Shown here: one piece after another, positions 1 through 16,834 of the stretch
Layout of the letters: the number at the start of each line of letters is the position of its first letter
Numbering within the stretch: position 1 is the first letter of the stretch
NCBI RefSeq assembly: GCF_009914755.1
Contig: NC_060926.1
Source: the human T2T-CHM13v2.0 reference genome, Homo sapiens
Length of the DNA: 64,000 nt
Direction: 5' to 3' (one strand)
Made by a program: the position numbers and the translations under genes
The notes under the pieces: generated by a model
Seen by the model: the letters and a program-made list of their open reading frames with translations, nothing else
What the model was told of the DNA's origin: nothing
The model's database searches: none

Positions 1-169
1 TTGGGGGAAAAAAAAAAGCAGCAGGACACAGTGGCTCATGCCTATAATCCCAACACTTTAGGAGGCTGAGGAGGGGAAAATTGCTTGAGCCCAAGAGCTC
101 TAGGCTGCAGTGAGCTATGATTGTGTCACTGCACTCCAGCCTGGGCAACAGAGCTAGACTCCATCTCTA

Positions 170-616
<447 letters not shown>

Positions 617-1994
617 CTATGGAAGCAGATATATATGGGTTAAAGTATGACTACGAAAAATCTGGAAGGTAGAACTATGGCACATTTTCTAGAGTATATA
701 TGGTTTGGCTGTTCTATTTTATAAAAGAATGTACTACTTTATACTCAGGAAAAAACAAGGGGAAAACATTTTTTTAAGTAATACGTTTTAAAGTCATTTG
801 GTTTATTCAGTTTATATTCCCAAACTTCAGGCTAAAAATTAATCTGGAAAGAAAACTTCAGCTATGGAAAAAAGACAATAAACAAAATAACTAATCCTTT
901 GCCTCATTCCTTAAATTCAAAGTCACTGATATAATTGGTAAGAAGGAAAAATATAACTGGGTACTTATTGTTTGCCAGGTATTTGTTGTTCACGTAACCC
1001 ACAAAGTGAAACTGTCCTGGTTTCATAAATGAGGAAACTCGGGCTCCAAAGAATCAAGTGATTTCCCTGGAGCAGAAGCTGGTCAAAAAGACAGAACTGC
1101 AAATCTGTTTGGTTCTAGGAGCAGGGAAGACAGGACTTTCCCCTGAAGCTCTTATCTCCCTCCCTGAGGTTGCTGTGAGTGGAAAACAGGAGGGTTGGGG
1201 GTAGGGTAGGAGCAACTGATAATGGACGTTTTTTTCCTCTCCAAGGAGGCATTTTCTCCCCACTCCATTCCTTCCCCCCACAAAGCTTCATCCACCCTCC
1301 CTCAGAGCTGCATCAGGAGTACCAAGTGACAGAGCTCCTGCACCGAAGTGCCTGGCCTAGAATCCTGCCTTCAGGAACTCCAAGAAAAAGCAGCCAGAGA
1401 AAGAAAGGGTGCTTCCCCTTCCAGAACTCCCTTTATTATTGCACCCCACTTCAATCACTCTCCTGGCTTTCAAACTTACATGATATAAGAGGGAAGCCTG
1501 ATTTCACCCTCTCAGCTGGTCATCTGTAAGATGGGAACGACGCATCTTGGGAGAACAACCCAGAAGAGAGTATCAGAAAGTGCTTTCCAAATTTTCAAGT
1601 GCTAACAAAGAAGTACCACCCTAAAGGCTGAGGTTCTCGCCTACCAGGTAATACAAACCCTCCTTAACATGATAGTTTACGGCATTTAGGAGTTCAGTGC
1701 TTTTTGTGATCTTTATTTCTAAAATGCTATTTCAACACCTTGCATAGGAAATTCTCCGCAGGGTTATGTCCCTCGTGTGGTTGTACAGCGAGTGAAGAAT
1801 GAACGGAAAAGTGAAGCAAGCCTTCCCAAAGCTACCACCGTTTAACTCTAAGAGATGCAGTTCTTAGCTTTAGAGCCAACCCTGTGTTAATCTTTGAATT
1901 GGGAAAAGAGAGGATAAAAATCAGCAAAAGTTATCAAAGTCTCAACTCGATGACCTTGTTAACTTCCAAAACAGGATTGGCGAGATGCTTCCTC

Positions 1995-2240
1995 TTTATT
2001 AATAACAATGGCTGACATGTGAGTGCTTGCTATGTGCCCGGCATTTCAGTGTTCTACATGCATTAGCTCATTTTACCCATATGGCAGCACCTACTTTGTA
2101 GGGAGTTTACTTCCCCCATCTCACAGGTAAGGAATTGGAGGCAAAGAAAGGTTCAGTGACTTGCCCAGGTGGTTGCCAGATGGTTTAGCCTCAGCAAGGC
2201 AGGTGGAGTTCTAGGTCAGATATCTGGTCTACCTCTCCAG
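1995..2240. mobile_element. MIR (other MIR-like fragments near 9400-9570, 10190-10290, 20620-20720, 23140-23290, 26690-26800, 61100-61230, 63110-63210, 63430-63610)
   Basis: MIR core motifs such as ccattttacagatgaagaaac(c/t)gaggc, aggttcagtgacttgccc and ttgtgaggattaaat. Confidence 0.7.
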
Positions 2241-3214
2241 CCATATCACTCATATTTCCCCTTGTGTTTGAAACCCTCATCATCCTGAACTGCTTAGGAT
2301 TCCTGGGATAGACAGTGTGTTCAGCTGCACCCCCATGCTTGCCTTTGCATGTGGCTTTTCTTTCTTCTCACCAAGCCACCATCCTCTTCCAACCAATAGG
2401 AAATTTTACTCCATGAATGAATGAAAGTAAGCATATTATGAAAATTCATTACTATACTTAAGACTCAAGAGTTGTTTTGACAGAAAATATCAAAGCATTC
2501 CCCACCGCAAGTCATTTTTGCAATGTTGTTTCTTATCTCAAGCCAGAAATCCCCATGCAGATTGCCTGGGGTTCTCTCTTCTCTGCTCTCCCGGACTCCT
2601 CCTCCTCCACATCCCTTGTCATCCCTCCACACCCTCCTCATCCCTTCCCTCAGGCTCCAGCCTTCGGGAAGATATGTCTACAATGACCTTTGGCCACTGA
2701 CAAAGAGGAAGTTATCTGGAAGTTTGCAAACCTCTGTTCAACTCTCTATCCACCCCTTGGAAGGACCTTTTCAGAGGAAGAGAACAGAGTTTGTTTTTCA
2801 AATCATTTTCACCATATCTAAAACTAGCCACTCGGCTTGGTGATAGGACATCCCTATGAAACACACATGTCCAAGCCACAGGTCCTCAAGGCATTTGTTT
2901 GACACGGCACTGAGAAATGGGCATCCAGTGGTTTAAGTGACTTTTTGATTTATGCCTACAGCATCTTTTCCATGTTTTCAGAGAACTTTAAACACATCAT
3001 TACAAGGAAGGGGAGAGGACCTGTGATGGCTTCACAAGAATAATGCAGTAACTACCATAGAGGCTTATAAACACTTAATAGCAGGCTTTTCAATTAACGA
3101 AAAATGTCTTGAATGATGTGTCAAAACTACTTTTTAAGAACTGTATCTTGGCAGGCCAAGGCGGGTGGATCACCTGAGGTCAGGAGCTCAAGACCAGCCT
3201 GGCCAACATGGCTA

Positions 3215-3460
<246 letters not shown>

Positions 3461-3605
3461 CTACTTAAATGAGGTACACTGAAAAAGATATCTAGTGCAG
3501 CATTACTGATTGGTGGGGGGATAAAATCATGCCTATTTTTAGATTTTCTAAATATTTACAGAGCACCTACTATACTCTCAAGGCACTCAGCTTAATACTG
3601 AGGAT

Positions 3606-3951
3606 ACAGGTTGAGCATCCCTAATCCAAAAATCCAAAACCTGAAACTTTTTGAGTCCTGACGTGACCCCACATATTGTCCACATGGGCGGCTGAGATCA
3701 TCTTTTCTGATGACTCGATGTACACAAGCTTTGTTTTATAAACAAAATTATTTAAAATATTGCATAAAATTACCTTCATCTTATGTGCCTAAGGTGTATA
3801 TGAAACATAAGTGAATTTTGTGTTTAGATGTGGGTCAGAGCCTCAAAACATCTCATTATGGATATGCAAATATCCAAAAATCCAAGAAAATTCAAAATCC
3901 AAAATACTTCCAATCCCAAGCATTTAGGAAAAGGGGTATTCTTCAGCCTAT
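3606..3951. mobile_element. Tigger4/MER46 (TcMar) DNA transposon MITE
   Basis: TA-flanked caggttgagcatccctaatccaaaaatccaaaa at the left end, with a degenerate inverted end (ggggtattcttcagccta) at the right. Confidence 0.8.
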
Positions 3952-4495
3952 ACTTTAAAATTTTAGGGGCCAGGCAGTGGCTCATGCCTGTAATCCCAAC
4001 ACTTTGGGAGGCCAAGGAGGATTGCTTGAGCTCAGAAGTTTGAGACCAGCCTGGGCAACATAGTGGGATCTTGTATCTACGAAAAATAGAAAAATTAGCT
4101 GAGTGTGGTAGCACATGTTTATCCCAGCTACTTGAGAGGCTGAGGCAAGAGGACTAATTATTCCAGGAGGTGGAGGCTGCAGGAGCCATGATTATGCCAC
4201 TGCATTCAGCCTGGGTGAAAGAGCAAGAAGACCCTGTCTCAAAAAAAAAAAAAAATTATTTAATACATGGCTCAGCCCTATAGAACTTCCATTCTATTAT
4301 GGGAGGCAGACACTAAAACAATTACACTGTATATTTTTTCCAGCAGTTATGACAATATTCTGCCCTAAATAACAAAAGGAAATAGTGAAATAACATGTAG
4401 AGGCTGGGCGCGGTGGCTCACACCTGTAATCCCAGCACTTTGGGAGGCCAAGGCAGGTGGATCATCAGTTCAGGAGATCGAGACCATCCTGGCTA

Positions 4496-4741
<246 letters not shown>

Positions 4742-4824
4742 TTAGGATACTTTTAATAATAATGGAAAATGTTATTACAAGAACAGTATTTAATAAAAGC
4801 AAGAAACAACCACATAAAGCATAA

Positions 4825-5182
<358 letters not shown>

Positions 5183-5369
5183 TAACGGTTATAACCCTCT
5201 GTAAGAATAAATTATTGGGAACGGCTAAAAAGAATACTGAGAGGAACCTCTCTGACAAAGGAAAACATATTTCTAAGCTACAAAAATTAGTTCAATGAGG
5301 AATTCGGCAAGAACATCAGCAGCACAGGACAAGTCTGTATATTGCTTGCCTTACAATTTAGGATATGGT

Positions 5370-5655
5370 TTGTTTTTAAGTTATACTTAAGTTCTGAGAT
5401 ACATGTGCAGAACGTGCAGGTTTGTGACATAGGTATACATGTGCCATGGTGGTTTGCTGCACCCATCAACCCGTAACCTACGTTAGGTATTTATCCTAAT
5501 GCTATCCCTCCCCTTGTCCCCCACCCCCCGACAGGCCCCAGTGTGTGATCTCCCCTCCCTGTGCCCATATATTCTCATTGTTCAACTCCCACTTATGAGT
5601 GAGAATATGCGGAGTTTGGTTTTCTGTTCCTGTGTTAGTTTGCTGAGAATGATGG
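5370..5655 (-). mobile_element. L1PA 3' end fragment
   Basis: ttatacttaagttctgagatacatgtgcagaacgtgcaggtttgt...gttagtttgctgagaatgatgg is the reverse complement of the L1PA 3' UTR. Confidence 0.9.
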
Positions 5656-7328
5656 GTTTTTTAATGTTTCACAAGTGTCCCAGCATTTTGAGAGGCCGAG
5701 GTGGAAGGACTGCTTGAACCCAGGAGTTCAAGAGCAGCTTGGGAAACATGACAAAACCCCATCTCTACCAAAATTACAAAAATTAGCCGGGTGTGGTGGC
5801 GCACAACTGTAGTCCCAGCTACTCAGGAGGCTGAGGTAGGAGGATCCCCTGAGCCCGCGAGGCAGAGGCTGCAGTGAGCTGAGATGGAGCTACTGCACTC
5901 CAGTCGGGGTGATGGAGCAAGACCCTGTCTCAGAAAAAAAAAAAAAAAGAAAGCCAACAAAAAAAGTTTCAGAATTGACTTTCTAAATTTGTGAGATAAA
6001 GGTAGGAAAAGTCAGGCAATAACTAGAAAATAAACAAACTCAGATCTTCATATCACATCATAAATTCCAAATGCATTTCAGTAAGTGTTAAAATTTAGAC
6101 ACCTCTAAATGAAATTCAGAAAACTACTCAGCTAATTGATTTTGAGATGAGCAGCCATTTTCTTTTAAGCATAAAAGAAAAGTTTATTTCAAAGAATGAA
6201 AGATTTGATTTGACCATAGACATTTAAAATAGATCTCTACAGAAAAAAAAAAAAATCACAACATATACCTTACACCATAAATATAGTTATCACCCAACGA
6301 AAGTTAAATGGCCTGCAACCATCAGAGAAAAATACTTGCAAAAAATGGGAGCTAAAAGGTTGGTATTCTTCATAAATAGTATGCCCTTATCCATAAAACA
6401 TAAACACCCCAACAAAAACGTGCAAAGGACAGGAATATAATAAACAAATTAAAAAGATCAATAAATGTATTTTAAAATATCCAACTGCATTAACAATCAC
6501 AGAAATGCTAATTTAAGGCCAGGGGTGGTGGTACACACCTATAGTCACAGCTACTCAGGAAGCTGAGGAGGGAGGATCACTTGAGCTCAGAAATTTGGGT
6601 CCAGCCTGGGCAACCCAAGCCAGACCCCAGCTCAAAAAAGAAAAGAAATGTTAGTTTAGGATTAAATTCCATGTTTCACTAATCAGATGACAAAAAACAA
6701 TAACCAATATTGGAAAAGAGACAAAATGTATACTGCTGGCTGGCACGTAAATTGGTGCATTCTTCTGAGAAAGCAATTTGGTGATATGCATCAAAAGCCT
6801 CAATGTTCAAATCCTTTGATCCAGAAATTCTACTTCTTAGGTATTTATTTTTAAAATACATAAATAATCAACATTTCACAGGAAGATTTATATGCAAGGA
6901 TGTTGTTCATCATAATAGTATTTAATTTCTAACTGGAAACTAAGTGGCCATAATATGAAACAGTTAAAGTCATAGAAATATACAATGTAATACTATGCAG
7001 CCATTAACAGAAATGCAAGTCCTCAAATCATTTTCAATGACATGAGACGGCTGACAAATATAGTAAATGAAAAAAAGGATATATGTCTGTAACATAATCA
7101 CAGAAAGATATATATACAAACATGTAGAAATAAGGTTAGCAGTGGTTTCTGGTGAAATCGGAGGGGATTTTAATTTTGTTTTAATTGTCTTCCTTTTGCT
7201 TTTCTAAATTATTCAAACTTTCTATAAAGTAGATTATTTTAATAACCTACAAAATATAATTTTAAAAATATAAATATACCAAATTAACATGAGATGATGA
7301 GACCATAGAGGTAACTCCTTTTTCTCTC

Positions 7329-7634
<306 letters not shown>

Positions 7635-7689
7635 CTTTTTCTCTCTTTTAACTGATCTATGAGAGGATCAACTTTTAAAACTCTTTTTA

Positions 7690-8349
<660 letters not shown>

Positions 8350-9755
8350 CTAATGGCCTTACCAACAGGAGCAGGGGCCAGGGCAGGGACAGACACACAA
8401 TATCTTGGTCTAGGAGCAAGACCTCAGACCTTGGACCCACTCTTCAGCACCACAGGACTTAGCCAACAAGAAGAACCACATCAAAGCTCAATGGATGCTA
8501 TAAACATCTCATTTTTGCCTGCTAAATTTAAGCAAAAAAGCAGAGGCCCAAAGAGGAAAGAAAGTGCTCAAAGGTGCATAACCAGTTGGTAGCACTTGAC
8601 CTTCCATGAAAGTGAAAGGCAAATGGCAAAAACCATTCCACACAGCGGCACAGATGCACACTTGGCCACATCACCCACCAACCATGGCCACCGTCCGCTG
8701 CAGATGGTGCACAGGTCTCCGGGCCTGAGCAGGAAGCTCTAAAGCTGAGGGAGCTCGGCTGAGCAAGAACAACTGAGGCCAGCAGAGCTGCCCTTGGGGA
8801 TAAAGCATCACCTTCCACTGCGGCCCCTCCACAATGAGAGGGGGTTGCTTCTACCCAGAGGGAGGCAGACAGAGCCAGCTGCTACTTCTGAGCTAGTTTC
8901 TTGGCCCAGAAGCTGGCAAATTCAGCAGTAAGCAGAGAGCCTGATGACCAAGTTGGACTTCCACCCTGGCTGGCTCTCCAAATTGAGGAATCAAAGTTCG
9001 CGGAGAGGAAGCTACACATGTAAGACAAATTGCTACGACACCGCAGCTCCCCTGCAATTCCCTGTGACCCCACAGAAACCAGCGTTCCTCTGCCCGTCTG
9101 CTCTGCCCATTGAAAGTAGAGGGGTATCATACCAGTCAGGGGTAGAGCAGACACACAGTCCTTTGCTCATCCTTGCTGGATGCCTGGGTGGGTGGCCAGA
9201 ACTGTTTCATGTCTGGGGCACACAAACAATAAAAGATAAAGCAGAAGGTGACAAATCCACATGATGCCAGGGTGGTCATGAGACGACCCAGAAGAAAGTG
9301 CAAAAAACGCATACTCATAATCATGATAGAACCACAAAAACACCATCCATCAGGACACTTGCCCACGTGTTCTGGAAAAGGGAACCAGCAACTGAACAAC
9401 CACTATCATACCAGGCACCTCACAGACCTTCATTCTTTTAAACTCCACAAAATTATACTTCTTGTTTTACACATGAAAACACTGAGGTTCAGAGAAAAAA
9501 AAAAAAGGCAGCTCCAAGTCACAGAGCTAGGAAGTGCCAGAGTTGGAATTCAAACTCCAAAGCCTGTTTCCCTCAGGACATGGTGAGGGAACTTGTCCCC
9601 ATCACCACAGAGGACTTTTGTCTAGCATGGATGGAACCCTGCTCCGGTGCTGCGCAGGACACAGGCCAGCCATCCCATCACTGCCAGGTGCAGCTCCAGG
9701 ACCTGGGATGCTGACGGTACTCAGTGTATGTCTTCAAAGGACACAATCATGGTCA

Positions 9756-10058
<303 letters not shown>

Positions 10059-10418
10059 TCAAAAAAGGAAAAAAAAAAAAAAAGAAAGAAAGAAAGAAGG
10101 AAGGGAGGGAGGGAGGGAGGGAAAAACAGAAATAATGCTAGCATCTGCTCCATGGAGGGGCTATAGGAGGAATGCAGAGTGTTACCCTGTTACCCGCGTG
10201 AGGTATCTGATGTTTCCATTTTTCAGATGAAGACACTGAGGCTGGAGGGGGTCACACAGCTGGAAAATGGAATCTGAACCTGCACCTGTTCTCTTTCCCG
10301 AGCCCGACCTCGCCCGACCTCACCCACCGTAACAAAGTCACAAGGCCCAAATGGGCCTTTCGCATCAGCTCCCCACTACTTCTGGGTTCCGCCCTGGCCC
10401 GGGGCCTCTGGCCACTAC

Positions 10419-10570
10419 CTTGGTTGAGGTAGGTCAGCGTCTCTTCATGCAGCTTCACGGCTGGGGACGTGGCAGCACACAACACATATTGCAGGGGTGG
10501 CAGGCGGGCCTCGTTCTCGGGGGACAGCTGGGGTTCCTCCTGCTTGAAGATGGGCAGAGCGAGCACATCA
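10419..10570 (-). CDS. TFCP2L1: TFCP2L1 coding exon 2 (start of CP2 DNA-binding domain)
   Basis: The acceptor ctgcttcccgtgtgttgcAG|T completes the Arg codon CG|T from exon 1. The 152 nt translate [50 protein letters not shown](G), with the CP2-family TLTYLNQG motif. Donor G|GTAGTG. Confidence 0.97.
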
Positions 10571-13500
10571 CTGCAACACACGGGAAGCAGAGGTCAGGAG
10601 CAGAGCCCCAGGGGGCTCCTGCACAGAGCCAGGGCGAAGCTAGAGAGACGACGCAGACCACCGGGGCCCAGGGTGACACGGCACGCGCATCGCAGGGTGC
10701 TGGCTGCACTCCTGCAACCCTCGAATACTCCAGATGCTTTAAAACAGAGGAAACCGCTCCTTCGTGACTCTAGTTTCACTCAATGACCCCCCAAAACACT
10801 GATTCAATCAGCCCATCAAGGAGGTAAAAGGGCAAAGTTAGCTAACATCTACAGAAATCCTCTCCATGCCAGAGACAGGCTAGCAGCAAAGGGACCTCTA
10901 AGACATTTATTTGGTTTCTATCCACAAGCGATCACTCATAAAGTTTCACTTTTAGAATAAAAATCTAAACAAACATTTTTATTTTTTAATCAACAATTCC
11001 ATTTACCGGCCACTTCTCATAGCAATACAACTCTGTCCTCCAGGCTCTGTAAACTATGCAAATGAACAAACCACTTCCTTCCCTCCCTGAGTACCCAGGT
11101 TGAGACATTCCTCCATCCCTTCTAAAGAGAGGACAACTGGACACTGTTTTCAGGGTCATTCTAATCTGTCCAAAAGGCAAACAGGAAGGAAGGACCTTGG
11201 CTTCAAGTCTGTGTTTGTGTGGTTGTTTTTTTTGGGCGGGGGCGGGGGGGACGGAGTTTCACTCTTGTTGTCCAGGCTGGAGTGCAAGTGGCGTGATCTC
11301 GGCTCACTACAACCTCCACCTCCCGGGTTCAAGCAATTCTTGTGCCTCAGCTTCCTGAGTAGCTGGGATTATAGGAATGAGCCACCACACCTGGCTAATT
11401 TTTGTATTTTTAGTAGAGACAGGGTTCCACCATGTTGGTCAGGCTGGTCACTAACTCCTGACCTCAGGTGATCCACCCTCCTCGGCCTCCCAAAGTGCTG
11501 GGATTACAGGTGTGAGCCACCGCGCCCAGCCCAGTCTATTTTCTTATCCAAGTGGGAAATCTTGAAATCCTTGCTCCAAGTTTCTTTTCCTCCACCTCTT
11601 AACAAAACTCTCCACATTAAAAAAAAAAAAAAAAAAAAAAAAATGAAGTCATCATCCTGCGACTTAGGGAGGAACTTGTTTCTGGACGTATTTTTTAAGC
11701 CAGGAACAGTGGCTCATGCCTGAAATCCCAGTACTTTGGGAGGCTGAGGTGAGAAGACTGCTTGAAGCCAGGGGTTTGAGATCAGCCTGGGCACCATAGT
11801 GAGACCCCACCATCTCTAAAAAAAAAAAAAAGGAAAAAGAAAGAAACAAAAAACCCAGCATTTTAAAAATGCCCTTACAAGGGACAAAGAATTCCTTGAG
11901 AACATGAATGACCTACAGGCAGGCAAGGCTTGTGTAAGGTCTCTAAATTATGAGCAGCACATAAACAAGTGCCAAATAAGTGCCAGTGCTCTTATCTTGA
12001 TAACCCTCTTCCCTTCGTGGGTCCCTGACTAGGAATCCAATTAGCTGACCCCACTTGTCTGTATAAACAGAGTCACTGGTACAATCTGTTCCTCGCACAT
12101 CATAAACAAGCGTCTCTACAACACAAACCCGGCACACACCCCATCAACATCTCATCAATTTTGAGAAGAAAAAGCCTGGCATTGAGCACACACCTGGAAA
12201 ACCTGCCCTGTGTGGGCCTCCCCCGTCACCATCCACTGCCGAAAAATAAGGGTGCAAGGCCGTCTCGACTTTCCCCCACAGGGCGTCTTCCTTTTGTCAG
12301 AGCAGGGCACACTCCCAGCCCGGGTGGTTCTCTAGGAACACTGAGGATTGCATAATTTCATGTTTGCCCAGACCATGTCAAGTTAATAATCCACGGACTG
12401 CTGCCTTTAAATTTTTTAAACAGGGGCGGGTGGGCAGAGGAAGTTAAGAACCATCCCTCAACAGTAACTTGTTTCAAGCCTGGCATCTTTATTTGCCAAG
12501 GAATAAAAGTCACGAGAACATCAAACAGAAAGGGGGAAGGGAGTAAAGGCCTCTACCCTGGTGAGGTCAGACAGCTTGCAGAAGTTCTGCCAAGTGAGGA
12601 GACGACCAAAAATAAAATACAAAAAACGCAAGGAAAAGGACCAGACCCTCCCTCTAGAGTCAGGGGACCAGGGGCATATGCACAAACCGCCACCTTGGCC
12701 CTCACTGAGGGCAAAACTCCCAGCTTCCAAGAAGTGAAATAAAAAAGGGCAAGGACTTCTTTATCCATGGTCCCCCGATGACCCCAGAAGCCAATATGGC
12801 TTTACAGCACCACCCACTCCCAACGCTCACCCTCCTCCTTTCACCAAATCCTAAAAGGTACCTGAGCTACTCCAGACAAACTTCCATCTCGGTAGCAGAT
12901 GTCAGAACTGTACCTCCCAGGCAAGGGAGAATTGTTCCCTAACGGGGTGAGGACATTGTAGGTATCTAGGAAGTTTCAAGTACACTCACCTTCAACTCAG
13001 GGTCACCTTCAAACTCATTGTTAAGATATGGCAACATACTTAATGGCAGCAAACTAAAACTTAGCCAAAGCTACAACTAAAACTTCAGTACAGTAAAAAT
13101 GTATTCCATTGTAGCATTTCTTGCAAGTGAATGGACACTTAATCTCTGGGTGATTAACATCTCCTCCTGGGCTTCCCTCTGGTGACATCACCGTGGTCTG
13201 CCGGGTGGCTGTCAGCCTTTAAGGCTCTAGACCTTTGCCATCTCCGACTACTTTGGCCCATGAATAAAAACAGCAGATACATCCACTAAACCCAATCATT
13301 CCCCCGCCTCCAGGAAAAGGGGATGTCTTCAGGGAGGACAAATACCTACCAGCAGCCAGGAATTACAAATAACGTTTTAAGATCTAAGTGGGAACTTCTT
13401 GGGGCCAAAACTAGCACTTAAAGGTAGCTCTAGTATGGGGGCTGTCAATGCCTGTGACTCCTTCGGCCTCATCATTCATTTTCCTTGAGCCCATATCAAA

Positions 13501-14346
13501 TGCCCTTTGGGTTAAATTAGGCACATTTCATAAACTGTGACTAAGATGGAAATAAGGACAGGCTAAAGCTGGTTCAGGCGAGTTCACAAAGTGAAATGAC
13601 TGCCCATTAGTCCCGGCCAGCAGCAGAACAGGGAAAAACAATCCTCCGGGAGCGAGAGCACACGGGGTCCTACTGCTAAGAGGGGCCTGTGGGGAACTGT
13701 GCAAAACACGCAGGACTTACTTTCCCCTCTGAAGGGCACTACTCAAATCCCTCCAGCAGAAGAAAGATTTCCATCAAGGGCAATAACCACGCGGGCCTCG
13801 GGCGAACACGCGCAAGACCATCGCGGGAAGTGGGGCGGCCTGCCCCTCCGAGCCCGCCGCCCGCCCCTCGTCCAAGGAAGGGCACTGCAGAGGGCGCGAG
13901 GCTGGGAGAGGGGCCCCGGCGGAGACGGGCAAAGAGCAGGGGACGAACTTCCCCGGGCCGGGCACCAGGCTGCTGGCAGGAAGTTTCCTCTGCTTCTCCG
14001 ATACGCGGGGGAGAGGAGGGCCGCAGGGGGCGGACGGGCCAGGGGAGGCGGCGGGCCGGCAGGTGCGCGCCCTGCACCCTCTCTGCCGCCTGGGAGGAGC
14101 CCTCGCAGACATAGGGCTCTGCGCGCTCGCCTCCCCAGCGGGCCCCCAACTCCGCACGTCGGGTCCCGCCGGCGTCCATCTGTCAGTCCCTAGGCGGGAC
14201 GCTGGGCGGGTCTCTCAGTCCCCAGAGGGCGGACAGCGGGGAGGCCAGGGCCCAGCAGGGGCGCCCCCTCTCCGCCCCTGGACGTCCAACGGCGCCCGGC
14301 CCGCCGGCCCGGCCCGAGACCCGCGGGGACCGCGCGCGGCCCTTAC

Positions 14347-14408
14347 CGCAGGTAGCTGCCGGAGTTGTGCTGGTTGTAGTGCTCGGGCTGCGTGTGCCAG
14401 AAGAGCAT
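14347..14408 (-). CDS. TFCP2L1: TFCP2L1 coding exon 1 (CP2/Grainyhead-family transcription factor, N-terminus)
   Basis: The minus-strand ATG at 14408-14406 (context CCAGCCATGC) translates MLFWHTQPEHYNQHNSGSYL(R), the TFCP2L1 N-terminus. The 62 nt end at the donor CG|GTAAGG (GT at 14346-14345), phase 2. Confidence 0.97.
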
Positions 14409-14500
14409 GGCTGGAACTCCCAGCGCGCCGACCGGGGCGCGGCAGCAAGCGCAGACGCGGGGCGCGCCGAGGACCCAGCGGCGGCTTCGCGCTCCGAACC
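14409..14500 (-). other. TFCP2L1: TFCP2L1 5' UTR (exon 1 non-coding part; TSS approximate)
   Basis: GC-rich sequence between the ATG and a TATA-like element. The TSS near 14500 is inferred from ~30 nt spacing to GATAAAT at 14530-14524. Confidence 0.6.
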
Positions 14501-14523
14501 CGCGGTGCCGGCCGGCTCGGCGC

Positions 14524-14530
14524 ATTTATC
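14524..14530 (-). promoter_or_regulatory. TATA-like/GATA core promoter element (GATAAAT)
   Basis: A conspicuous AT-rich stretch in the otherwise GC-rich promoter, just downstream (minus sense) of GC boxes and ~120 nt upstream of the ATG. Confidence 0.55.
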
Positions 14531-15070
14531 GGCGGCCCAGGGGCGGGACAGCGGTGAGACCCGCCCCCCAGGAAGCGCGGCCCGGAGGGCGGCTCCCCGC
14601 GGCAGCCGCACCTGGCTGACTCCCGCGCGTGCCTTTCCGGCGAGCGAGCGCGCCTCCGGGGCGGCCAGACCAGAGGGCTCTAGGGCCGGCCGGGTGCTCT
14701 CCCCAAACTCCGATGTGGGGCTCAGGTGACCCTTGCCGCCCCCAACCCGCTCCACACGGCCCCTCTGGCCTCTGCTCCCCACTCTACGCCCAGGGCCGGT
14801 CTCCAGAGCGGCTCCGAGATTTCCAGCCTAGGCCCTCTCTGTCGCCTTTCCTCGCTCTTGTTTTTTCATAGCACTTCAGACGCTCTGAAATCATGGGGGT
14901 TTTTTTGTTGGTTTTTTTTTTTTTGAGACGGGGTCTCGCTCTGCCACCCAGGCTGGAGTGCAGTGGCGCGATCTCGGGGCTCACTGCAACCTCTCCTCCC
15001 AGGTTCAAGCAATTCTCCTACCTCAGCCTCCTGAGTAGCTGGGATTACAAGCGCCCCCCATCACGCCTGA

Positions 15071-15740
<670 letters not shown>

Positions 15741-16834
15741 GGGTGGAGGGGAGGGCCATTAGGAGGGAGTGGAGTTCCCTGGAGCCCTGACCCCTATCCA
15801 GGTGCTATCCGGTTCTCCAGTACATGGCACAGCACCTGGCACAGAGGAGATGGGGATTCTGTCCCTGAGTATTAATCCAGTCAAATGACATCCCTTGGGG
15901 ACCTGGTCCAGAACTCCCCACTCCCCCACGCATGGATGTGGGTAAAACCCTCCCTCACTCTGCTGTTCCTGCCCTCCTCCCTCCAGCCATAGGTCACAAC
16001 TGGCAAACCACTTCCTCTGTGCAGCCCTCAAGGACTGCCCCCCACTGTTCTGCCCTGTTAGGAGAATGGGAATATTTCCCCGGCTTCAGGTGGTGCTGTC
16101 AGCAGACAGTCCCCCAGCCATCGGCTTCTCCAGGAACTGCCCCTGCTCAGAGAGCAGCCTTGCCCTCTGTCATGTCCCTCCTGGGATAGCCCACATCCCA
16201 ATGACTATCCCAGCAGAAGTATAAAAGCTTGGCCATCTCTGCCTGACTGGGGACAGTGCTGATGGGGTATTTTAGCCCCAGGACTCCCCATGAAGACAGT
16301 CAAAGCTGTCACAAGACCTGTGTCCTGCTCAGGGTCTCCCTCCTGCTTCCTTCCAGTTCCTTGCCCAGGGGTTACTCTTAAGGGAACTTCCAAAGAAACA
16401 TCCTGAACACCGACCCCCACAACCAACCTCACCCCATCAGGGTCCATGACAAACCCATTGTTTAAATGGGAGACACTCTGGGGTGGTCTGGAAAGAACAT
16501 GTCCTTTGCTGGACTCGTCCTTGAGTTCTAACAGGAGAGGTCCATGGGTAAGCAGCAGTGACAGTACAGTGTGGTCAGGGACGTAGAGGCTGCCCTGGGA
16601 ACACAGAGGAGGACTCTGGAGCTCCGAAGAGGCTCCAGCATGAAGTGATATCTCCTGATGGATGGGTGAGTGGAAGTGAAACCAATCTGTGGAGATGGAG
16701 GGAGGTTTCCGGCCCAGTAGACGCTCCTGCAAAGGCCTGGAGGAAGGGCAGTCAATATTATTAGATGGTTCAGACCTGGGTTTACTACTTAGCTCCATCT
16801 GAATCTATGACCTTGGGTGGAGTAAATTGACCTC

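Larger units (their letters stand above)
13780..14830. promoter_or_regulatory. CpG island / TFCP2L1 promoter
   Basis: Very high GC and CpG density spanning exon 1, in contrast to the CpG-depleted flanks. Multiple GGGCGG/CCGCCC Sp/KLF boxes (e.g. ~14541-14546, 14561-14566, 14271-14278). Confidence 0.92.

Noticed and set aside
13689-14871. Many overlapping 100-200 aa ORFs on both strands
   Set aside because: Stop-poor CpG-island composition giving low-complexity R/G/P/A peptides; only the exon 1 frame has homology and splice support.
16808-16815. TGACCTTG ESRRB-like site upstream of the promoter
   Set aside because: It falls in MIR-like sequence whose consensus contains this word; no independent support.
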